Assembly: GCA_041747695.1 (NCBI GenBank)
Contig: JBGTET010000012.1
Span: forward strand, 1-41,395
From: Candidatus Saccharimonadales bacterium
GTDB taxonomy: Bacteria > Patescibacteriota > Saccharimonadia > Saccharimonadales > JBGTET01
Direction of reading: 5' to 3'
Length of the DNA stretch: 41,395 bases
The notes under the pieces are model-generated. The model made no database searches. It was not told the DNA's origin and saw nothing but the letters and a program-made list of their open reading frames with translations. Positions 1 to 6,625 of the stretch are shown in pieces (positions within the stretch are counted from its first letter, which is position 1; each line of letters begins with the position of its first letter). A program made the translations under genes and the position numbers.

Positions 1-165
1 CTGTGACGAAAAGTCGTTTGAACTACTTGCATCAGACGAAGGCTCAACAATACCCCCTGGAGTTGGGTCATCGACTGACTGTGAGTTGGAGTCTGAGTCT
101 GACTGGGGCACAAATTGTTGTCCCGGCTGATGTGGATCCGGTTGCTGATTATCTTCTGGCGGCAT
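1..165 (-). CDS. hypothetical protein, 5' part only (continues past left edge)
   Basis: ATG at 165 (minus) opens an unbroken 55-codon frame to base 1 (MPPEDNQQPDPHQPGQQFVPQSDSDSNSQSVDD...). Ser/Asp/Pro-rich low complexity. Hand-translated; absent from the ORF track because it is truncated. Confidence 0.3.
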   Translation of the reverse strand, partial: MPPEDNQQPDPHQPGQQFVPQSDSDSNSQSVDDPTPGGIVEPSSDASSSNDFSSQ

Positions 166-255
166 TTTAAGAATTCCTATCTATTTTTATAGAATTATTT
201 ATCTAGAAGGATTTTAACATAAGCGGGTTTATCTGTCGTCCTCAAGAAGAAATTA

Positions 256-801
256 TTAGTCTAGCTGATACTCCCATCCGGGTTGCCAAGCGTGAGTTTT
301 GCGCCAATCGGTCGCAAAAGCTTCTTCCCATGTCATATCTCTGAGTAAGACATCTAGAGCAATTTGCGGTGCCTTGTGTGCAACTATTGCTACATGCTGT
401 CCATCATAGTTTTCTGTCAGATACTTTAGAAATTCGGCAATTCGCTTTTTGACATGCTCGTAGCTCTCACCATTTTCGAAAGCGTTATTTATTGATTCTT
501 CCTGAAGTGGCTCTACAACACTAGATGGTTTGCCGTTAAAGTCGCCGTAGTTACATTCACGGAGTCTTTTGTCGTGGATAATTTTGTACTTATTGCCCCA
601 TGTAATTTTAGCGGAGTCTACTGCCCGTTTTTGATCAGATGCAAATACAATATCGAAAGTTTGGTGTTGAGTTTGTTGCCTTAATTCTTCGGCCTGTTTA
701 ATCCCAAGCGCAGAAAGTCCGCAATCAGACCATCCAGAAGAAATCTCATTTTCATTGTCGACCGTGGTTCCATGCACAAAATAAGTGATCTTTACTGTCA
801 T
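256..801 (-). CDS. histidine phosphatase superfamily protein (phosphoglycerate-mutase-like)
   Basis: Family landmarks occur in order: FVHGTT (RHG position, Arg replaced by Val), SDQKRAVDSA, LRECNYGDFNG, ENGESYEHVKKR, AIVAHKAP (second His). Divergent from the 848-5154 operon across 46 bp. Confidence 0.8.
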   Translation of the reverse strand: MTVKITYFVHGTTVDNENEISSGWSDCGLSALGIKQAEELRQQTQHQTFDIVFASDQKRAVDSAKITWGNKYKIIHDKRLRECNYGDFNGKPSSVVEPLQEESINNAFENGESYEHVKKRIAEFLKYLTENYDGQHVAIVAHKAPQIALDVLLRDMTWEEAFATDWRKTHAWQPGWEYQLD

Positions 802-807
802 GCATAA

Positions 808-816
808 AGTATAGCA
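808..816 (-). promoter_or_regulatory. extended -10 element (TGCTATACT) 6 nt upstream of the ATG at 801; implies a leaderless mRNA
   Basis: The minus strand reads TGCTATACT-TTATGC-ATG. There is no room for a Shine-Dalgarno sequence. Confidence 0.5.
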
Positions 817-832
817 AGCAACCCTATAACGA

Positions 833-841
833 TGTTACTAT
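833..841 (+). promoter_or_regulatory. extended -10 element (TGTTACTAT) 6 nt upstream of the ATG at 848; implies a leaderless mRNA
   Basis: The plus strand reads TGTTACTAT-TTACGC-ATG. It is back-to-back with the 808-816 element. Confidence 0.45.
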
Positions 842-847
842 TTACGC

Positions 848-2113
848 ATGAATGAAGAAACAAAATACATAGATATTACCCCTCACAGAAGTATACTCAC
901 AAAAATCAGTCAGACAGGATACTCGATACAAGAAGCTTTATCGGAACTGATCGATAACGCTATTGACGCCAGAATAAGCGAAACTGTTTTAAACGTTTCA
1001 GTAGACATTTCTGCAGACTCGATAGTCGTGACTGACGATGGAACCGGCATGACGGAGGAACTGGCCAGTAAATCAATCCGACTGGGATTTTCAGAAAAAA
1101 AACAGCAACTCGGCGAGTTTGGGCTTGGATTAAAAACATCGACCTCATTTCTGGGACAGGGCTTCACTCTAACCACTTCGCCTAAAGGATCTGACGAAGA
1201 GTACGAGATAAATTATGACGCAGATGATTGGCTGGAAAATGGTGATTGGTACAAATATCCGTTTGTAGTCAGAAAAGGCATAGACACTAACAAGAGTGGA
1301 ACTAAAGTCGAAGTCCACAAGCTGAGAGTCCATATTACAGATAAGTTATTAGCGAGCATTAGGGAGGAATTTGGTCTACGATTTGGTCCATTCATTCAAA
1401 ACAAGGAACTTAATCTAATATTTAATGGCGAGCCATGTCCGCCATTTGTTCCATCTATACTTGATGACAAGAAAAACGAATTCTCATTTGATTTCCCAGG
1501 CGGTAAAGCTTGGGGGTGGTGGGGTTATCAATTAAGCGGACTAAACAAAAGCTATTATGGTTTTCACACGTATAGGCGCGGTCGATTAGTCACTACATAC
1601 GATAAAGTTGGGCTTACTCCAAACCAAGACATTAAACAAATAATCGGTGACTTGCATATCGAAGGCATCCCAATTAATCATGATAAAAAGAACTTTGCTA
1701 AAACTTCAGAGGGCTACCGAAGTATGGAAGATCAAATGCGGGTGTACTTTAAGCCATTTGAGAAAAAACCAAAACGAATACTGAGTGGATACGCAGCATC
1801 GGCAGGACGTGTCAGAGGTACGGTAAAAATGATCCGAACAACCGCACACAACACAGACATCCAAAAAGTGCTAGAAAACGTCAAGCATGGCGACATTATT
1901 GTTACAGAAATGACTAGACCTCAGTATCTGCTAGCCATAAGACGATCGGCCGGAATAATAACTAACCTAGGCGGAAATTTGTGTCACGCTGCAATTGTGT
2001 CACGTGAATTTAACATCCCTTGCGTGGTTGGAACCCAAAATGCTACCGACTTGCTGGTTGAAGGTAAAAAAGTAATCCTAGACGGAAATGACGGTTATAT
2101 TTATGAAGATTGA
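848..2113 (+). CDS. fusion protein: N-terminal GHKL (Bergerat-fold, MORC/MutL/Hsp90-type) ATPase plus C-terminal PEP-utilizer swivel phosphohistidine domain
   Basis: GHKL motifs are present: ELIDNAIDA (N box), DDGTGM (G1), GEFGLGLK (G2). The C-terminal ~110 aa carries the near-canonical swivel motif GGNLCHAAIVSREFNIPCVVG (His codon CAC at 1985-1987, residue 380) and ends ...ILDGNDGYIYED. Confidence 0.8.
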   Translation: MNEETKYIDITPHRSILTKISQTGYSIQEALSELIDNAIDARISETVLNVSVDISADSIVVTDDGTGMTEELASKSIRLGFSEKKQQLGEFGLGLKTSTSFLGQGFTLTTSPKGSDEEYEINYDADDWLENGDWYKYPFVVRKGIDTNKSGTKVEVHKLRVHITDKLLASIREEFGLRFGPFIQNKELNLIFNGEPCPPFVPSILDDKKNEFSFDFPGGKAWGWWGYQLSGLNKSYYGFHTYRRGRLVTTYDKVGLTPNQDIKQIIGDLHIEGIPINHDKKNFAKTSEGYRSMEDQMRVYFKPFEKKPKRILSGYAASAGRVRGTVKMIRTTAHNTDIQKVLENVKHGDIIVTEMTRPQYLLAIRRSAGIITNLGGNLCHAAIVSREFNIPCVVGTQNATDLLVEGKKVILDGNDGYIYED

Positions 2114-3260
2114 TGACCATGTACTAAAATTCCCAAAGTCGTTACCAAACGATGAGCAGGAATTCATGATCTACTATCCGTATAAGTTCCCTGCAGTAAT
2201 TGATTTTTACGAACAAAAGGCTCAAGAGTTATATGCAAATCCAGAAGGCTACGCTCAATTTGTTCAAGATGAATTTAAAGAACTCGAGGCTGCTGTAGAA
2301 AAGGTACGAGACGAGTTCGAGAATGGCAACAAAGATGACTTGGCATTTCTTGTTACGATAGATCAGAAATTCAATAAAATATTCTGTTTCAAATTTTGGG
2401 TTATAAACTATGTTTTCGCAGACGGTTTGATACATGAGTTTTATGTCGACCAGCTCAAAGCCTTTGCCAGAAAAATGGTAGATGTTGGTGACGACATCGA
2501 AGAATATGAACGTCGAATAATCCAGATCCAACGAGATTTGCTACAAACAGATTACGCCGACATATATTTGGTCCAAGCGCTTCATGGCGTTACCGTCATG
2601 AATTTTCTAGAGCAAGATGAATTTTCTAGAGATATAGTTAAAGAAATTGTTGCCCTAATTGATGAACACGACGACAAGAATAACGAAAAGATTATAGAGT
2701 TATGGAAACCAATCGTTGATAAAATTCTAGACCCTAACGACAACCACTACGGTCCACTCACTGACTACCCAGATGATTACGAGTTTAAGAATCTACTTGG
2801 CTTGCCACCTCTAGAGCTTCCGATTAATCAGGTTAGGATGCGCAAAATTCCTTTCCCACTGTATAGCTTCCTGAGTCACACTGTAGAGTTTCGTGAGCAG
2901 AACGTTGCGCTAACCGAGCGTCATAAGAATATGAAGGACACGATTGAGGAAATATTTGTCGAAGCCAAGGGTAAGATGGAGGAAGAGGAGTACTCAGACT
3001 TTAGGCTAGCGTACGAAATGGCCAAAAACTTTTCTATGTCCAAAGATCTTATGGGCAACGTAGATCCAATCTTGGTCCCAGTTTGGGAGGGTGACGTCCA
3101 TAAACGCATATACGAAATTTTATCCAAGGATAATAAAGTAAGGTATCCATCGGTAAGCCATGCGTCAATGTTTGGAAGCTTTGCATGGTACCTACCTGCG
3201 GATTTAAAAGCCCAGGTTATGTCGCCAGACAATACATCATTTAACTTTGAGGAGATTTAG
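2088..3260 (+). CDS. hypothetical acidic, probably helical protein (orphan member of the operon)
   Basis: 390-aa ORF overlapping the upstream stop. An alternative ATG at 2103 (MKIDDHVL...) gives an 11-nt overlap. I recognise no motif. It occupies the slot that a substrate-binding module would fill. Confidence 0.6.
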   Translation: MTVIFMKIDDHVLKFPKSLPNDEQEFMIYYPYKFPAVIDFYEQKAQELYANPEGYAQFVQDEFKELEAAVEKVRDEFENGNKDDLAFLVTIDQKFNKIFCFKFWVINYVFADGLIHEFYVDQLKAFARKMVDVGDDIEEYERRIIQIQRDLLQTDYADIYLVQALHGVTVMNFLEQDEFSRDIVKEIVALIDEHDDKNNEKIIELWKPIVDKILDPNDNHYGPLTDYPDDYEFKNLLGLPPLELPINQVRMRKIPFPLYSFLSHTVEFREQNVALTERHKNMKDTIEEIFVEAKGKMEEEEYSDFRLAYEMAKNFSMSKDLMGNVDPILVPVWEGDVHKRIYEILSKDNKVRYPSVSHASMFGSFAWYLPADLKAQVMSPDNTSFNFEEI

Positions 3261-3262
3261 CA

Positions 3263-4054
3263 ATGAGCGGAGAACAACAATTAGCACCTATGTCGGGCGG
3301 CAGAATGGAAATGCGAGTCCAGCGTCACGATGATCATGTCGAGGGACACTTAACACCTGAAGGACACGAACATGCAAAGCAGGTAGCAACCGAAGTAGTT
3401 AATGAATACTTGGATGCGAATTCTGATACTCATTTTATGGTTATTTGTTCAGACCAAATTTGGGATGAAAATGAACCAGACTTGGGCGGAGTGCGTGCAA
3501 AAGAAACAGCTAAAGATATCACCGAGACGATAAAAGATGCGCTTTTCGAAAGAGGTTTGCCAGCTGATCAATTATTTGGAAGCACCGGTGACGATGCAGA
3601 TGAAGGTGATGTAACAGTTAGCCCAGTCTTACGCGAAGCAAATATTTTCTCAAATAAGTTCATGCAACATCTTAGGGAGACGTACCCCGATGACAATGCT
3701 TGGAGTTTGTATTATCAAGACCAAGATGCCGACACTAGGAGAGAGAAGCACGCCGAGAGTCCTCATGATTTGGCGAGGCGCATGGACTATATGATCAAAA
3801 CTGCCGAAATGGTTGGAGCTTCTTTACACAGAACACCAGGCAAAGAGGACTCGCCACTGCTTGTGTGGGTAGTTGGTCATGGTGGCGGATTAGATTCGTA
3901 CTTGCATCATTATGCCGATGTCCCATTAGAAGAACTTGGTTTCGAACTTAGCGGAGGCTTTACCCTAAAAGCATCGTCAGAACATGGAGTTGTGGCAGAC
4001 GTTAAGGGCAAAGAATATCCTATTAGATCAGATGAGACAATGAGCCTTCCGTAA
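3263..4054 (+). CDS. histidine phosphatase superfamily-like protein (divergent, with acidic insertion)
   Basis: VQRHDDHVEGHLTPEGHEHAKQVA (RHG-like RHD), ICSDQ...VRAKETA, and VWVVGHGGGLDSYL (second His). GAGGAG Shine-Dalgarno sequence 8-13 nt upstream, inside the preceding gene. Starts 2 nt after the upstream stop. Confidence 0.6.
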   Translation: MSGEQQLAPMSGGRMEMRVQRHDDHVEGHLTPEGHEHAKQVATEVVNEYLDANSDTHFMVICSDQIWDENEPDLGGVRAKETAKDITETIKDALFERGLPADQLFGSTGDDADEGDVTVSPVLREANIFSNKFMQHLRETYPDDNAWSLYYQDQDADTRREKHAESPHDLARRMDYMIKTAEMVGASLHRTPGKEDSPLLVWVVGHGGGLDSYLHHYADVPLEELGFELSGGFTLKASSEHGVVADVKGKEYPIRSDETMSLP

Positions 4055-4881
4055 TGAGCTTTGTAAAGTTCTTCGAAGACGTTAACGTAGACGACCTTAG
4101 TCTCGTTGGAGGTAAGGGTCTTTCGCTAGGTAGAATGATCAACGCCGGAATTCCTGTACCGTCAGGTTTTGTCATTACAACAAAGTTACATGAGGAATTT
4201 AAGAATAATGGCGAAATTACTGAGCAGACTATTGTTGAGCTAAACGATGCATTTGATAAATTGGGTGCTGAACGTGTTGCGGTACGCTCATCGGCTATAT
4301 CCGAGGATTCAGAAACTGCATCATGGGCTGGACAGTTTGAAAGTTACCTAAATGTTGGCAGAAACGACTTAATTGCCAGATTAAAGGATTGTTGGGATTC
4401 TGTTAAGGCAGCGAGCGACTATGCACAGACACAGGGCATGAAGCAAGAAGATCTTGTCTTGGGAGTAGTTGTACAGAAAATGGTAGACAGTGATGTTTCT
4501 GGTGTCGCGTTTAGCGTGAATCCGATCAGCCACAATTCTGATGAAATAATGATAGAAGCAACCTATGGGCTCGGAGAACTGCTAGTCCAAGGTATGGTTA
4601 CGCCTGACAACTATGTAACGTCAAAAAGTGGGGGCAACACAATAAACAAAAATATTGCAGTAAAAAAAACTAGGCTAATTTATAAAGACAGCGACACCGT
4701 GGAAGCACCTGTAGATGCGAGTATGCAAGAAGAAGCCTGCTTATCAGAAAAACAACTTGTCGAACTAAGCCTGCTAATTTGTCGAATCGAAGATTATTAC
4801 GGCAGTCCGCAAGACATTGAGTGGGCTCTACAAGATAATGAATTCCATATAGTACAATCTAGGCCAATAACGACATCTTAA
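4054..4881 (+). CDS. stand-alone PPDK_N-type ATP-grasp (PEP/pyruvate-binding-family nucleotide-binding) domain protein
   Basis: VGGKGLSLGRM, GIPVPSGFVIT, VAVRSSAISEDSETASWAGQFESYLNV, VVVQKMV, GVAFSVNP and QDIEWA..IVQSRPIT. The protein stops where the swivel and substrate domains would follow in PpsA/PPDK/RPH. The start overlaps the upstream stop (TAATG). Confidence 0.85.
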   Translation: MSFVKFFEDVNVDDLSLVGGKGLSLGRMINAGIPVPSGFVITTKLHEEFKNNGEITEQTIVELNDAFDKLGAERVAVRSSAISEDSETASWAGQFESYLNVGRNDLIARLKDCWDSVKAASDYAQTQGMKQEDLVLGVVVQKMVDSDVSGVAFSVNPISHNSDEIMIEATYGLGELLVQGMVTPDNYVTSKSGGNTINKNIAVKKTRLIYKDSDTVEAPVDASMQEEACLSEKQLVELSLLICRIEDYYGSPQDIEWALQDNEFHIVQSRPITTS

Positions 4882-4887
4882 ACATGT

Positions 4888-5154
4888 ATGAAGCATCTAA
4901 GCATAACTCTGACCGGTAAAGTTCAACGCATAGGAATGCGATACAAAATAATGGAATACGCCGAATTGAATAACCTTCGCGGCTATACGCGAAATCTACG
5001 GGACGGTAATGTTTACATTGAAGTCGAAGGAGATGGCCCAGTTATTGATAAATTTCTGGAATGGCTAAAATCTAGTCCCGGTCTTTCGGAGGTTAAAAAT
5101 TTAGAAACAACTGAAGGGACTATCCGGCACTTCAGAGATTTTCAGGTATTTTAG
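4888..5154 (+). CDS. acylphosphatase
   Basis: 88 aa. LTGKVQRIGMRYK...LRGYTRNLRDGNVYIEVEGDG matches the V.G.VQGVGFR / G.V.N..DG.VE pattern, with the catalytic Arg and Asn retained. Confidence 0.8.
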   Translation: MKHLSITLTGKVQRIGMRYKIMEYAELNNLRGYTRNLRDGNVYIEVEGDGPVIDKFLEWLKSSPGLSEVKNLETTEGTIRHFRDFQVF

Positions 5155-5569
5155 AAGGTAGTGCTTTAAAATCTATATCTGAAATTTTAGCCTTCAGGTC
5201 ATTTATGTCTGCGAATCTAAAAGAGAAGTCGGCCATATCTGGCACATATGTGTATCCGACCAAATCATGAGTTGCCACGACAACGGGGATTTTCTTTGCT
5301 ATCGCTAAACCAATCTCCATTAACATGCCTTCGCTTTTGTTGTCTGATATTTGGACAACAAATAACAAGTCTCTAGCAGAAATTAATTCGAACGCATGAT
5401 CCATTATTTGTCTTGGACCCATTTTTTTATTCTGAAATTCTGCTTCATCAAAAAATGTGCAGTACACCTCAACATCTGCATTCTTCAACGCATCTCTAAT
5501 GCCAGCAAGTAGTTCGCTTAAAACTTCTTCGCTTTCGCCGGTATGCCTGTAGGATACAAATGCTTGCAT
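5132..5569 (-). CDS. nucleoside 2-deoxyribosyltransferase-like (Rossmann/TIR-like fold) protein
   Basis: ELISARDLLFVVQISDNKSEGMLMEIGLAIAKKIPVVV matches the ..aD.vva.......s.G...E.G.A.a.gkPv. core of the NDT family. Its 3' end overlaps the acylphosphatase 3' end by 23 nt (convergent). Confidence 0.55.
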   Translation of the reverse strand: MQAFVSYRHTGESEEVLSELLAGIRDALKNADVEVYCTFFDEAEFQNKKMGPRQIMDHAFELISARDLLFVVQISDNKSEGMLMEIGLAIAKKIPVVVATHDLVGYTYVPDMADFSFRFADINDLKAKISDIDFKALPSKIPENL

Positions 5570-5570
5570 C

Positions 5571-5879
5571 CTATTTGACCTTAAACCGATTCTTGTCTCT
5601 TACTTTTGCTTTAACAAGAACTTTTTCAATTTCTTCGTTCAAGTTTATCTTGTGTCTGTTTGCTATGCAGACTAGCGCAAATATCACATCTGCGAGTTCT
5701 TCTCCAAGTTCCTGGCGCGCTTCTTCGACCTTTTTTGGTTTGGAACCATACATGTGATTTAGCAACCTGCCGACCTCTCCAACTTCTTCGGCAACACGAG
5801 CAAATTGACTCAGTGGCGGCCAATACGGTTCTTCTAAGGTTTGCGCCCAATCATCTATCGCTTTTTGTATCTCATCCAT
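5571..5879 (-). CDS. MazG-like nucleotide pyrophosphohydrolase (small single-domain type)
   Basis: EEVGEVGRLLN...ELGEELADVIFALVCIANRHKINLNEEIEKV gives the EExxE...ExxD helix pattern of all-alpha NTP pyrophosphatases. Its stop lies 1 nt before the downstream NDT-like start. Confidence 0.8.
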   Translation of the reverse strand: MDEIQKAIDDWAQTLEEPYWPPLSQFARVAEEVGEVGRLLNHMYGSKPKKVEEARQELGEELADVIFALVCIANRHKINLNEEIEKVLVKAKVRDKNRFKVK

Positions 5880-5885
5880 GCGTTA

Positions 5886-5894
5886 ATTATATCA
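5886..5894 (-). promoter_or_regulatory. extended -10 (TGATATAAT) 6 nt upstream of the ATG at 5879; leaderless
   Basis: The minus strand reads GAGCTGATATAAT-TAACGC-ATG. Confidence 0.55.
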
Positions 5895-5950
5895 GCTCAA
5901 GATTCATATACTTGATAGGCAGACGAAATTTCCTTAAACCAACTAACTGT

Positions 5951-6520
5951 TTAGAACTTTACAGTATCGACTAATGTTTGTACTGCTTCTTCGTCTGGCA
6001 AAGTGCCTTCTTCTGTAGAATAGTATGTTACAGAAAGCTGGTTATCTCCAAAGAATTCATAGTTCACGCTTGGGCCACCGCCGTAATCTGCAGTCGACTT
6101 AATTACGTCGACACCATTGACTGAAACCACTTCACAATCATAGTCTTCGATAGGCTTAGACTCATTTATGCTAGCTACTTCGGCGTCTGTTAGGCAAGCT
6201 TCTGAGCTTGAATCAACGGTACTTTCCATTATTAGTACAGTGCTAGTGCGATCATCACAATCTACAGCTTTATCGCTGTCGGGGGATGCTAACACTCCTT
6301 TGGAATCTGCACTGTTACATTCTATTTCGCTCCAATTTTGAGGCAACAAATAGCTTGCGGACAAACCTTGTGCTGGCTCCTGAGCTTGTGTATTAGCATC
6401 GTCTTGAGTTTTATTGTCATTGCTTGTTCGCCAGTAGACAAATCCGCCCACTGCGAGCACTAAAACTAATACAATAACGAAAACGGGGTCAATTACGCCC
6501 TTTTGATTCTTTTTAAACAT
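5951..6520 (-). CDS. membrane-anchored extracytoplasmic protein (paralog A)
   Basis: The N-terminus MFKKNQKGVIDPVFVIVLVLVLAVGGFVYWRTS is near-identical to that of 8808-9416. The Cys-containing C-terminal domain is unrelated by eye. AAAGGAA Shine-Dalgarno sequence, with TGATATAAT further upstream. Confidence 0.65.
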   Translation of the reverse strand: MFKKNQKGVIDPVFVIVLVLVLAVGGFVYWRTSNDNKTQDDANTQAQEPAQGLSASYLLPQNWSEIECNSADSKGVLASPDSDKAVDCDDRTSTVLIMESTVDSSSEACLTDAEVASINESKPIEDYDCEVVSVNGVDVIKSTADYGGGPSVNYEFFGDNQLSVTYYSTEEGTLPDEEAVQTLVDTVKF

Positions 6521-6625
6521 AGAGTTTATTCCTTTTATATAGTTAGGAATAATTATATCAAAATATTTGAATTTCTATGCTTATTGAATCAGCTTGAATC
6601 GTTTAGAATCAACTCAAAGCTATGG

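Noticed and set aside
910-1395. Minus-strand ORFs of 60-88 aa (910-1176, 960-1148, 1213-1395) inside the GHKL fusion gene.
   Set aside because: They are antisense shadows of a gene with clear conserved motifs. They have low-complexity, Ser/Pro/Cys-rich translations and no start-site signals.
5560-5974. ORFs overlapping or antisense to the MazG-like gene (5560-5757 and 5660-5974 on the plus strand; 5626-5850 on the minus strand in another frame).
   Set aside because: The MazG-like frame has family motifs and a promoter. The alternatives translate to Arg/Ser/Cys-rich sequence typical of out-of-frame reads.
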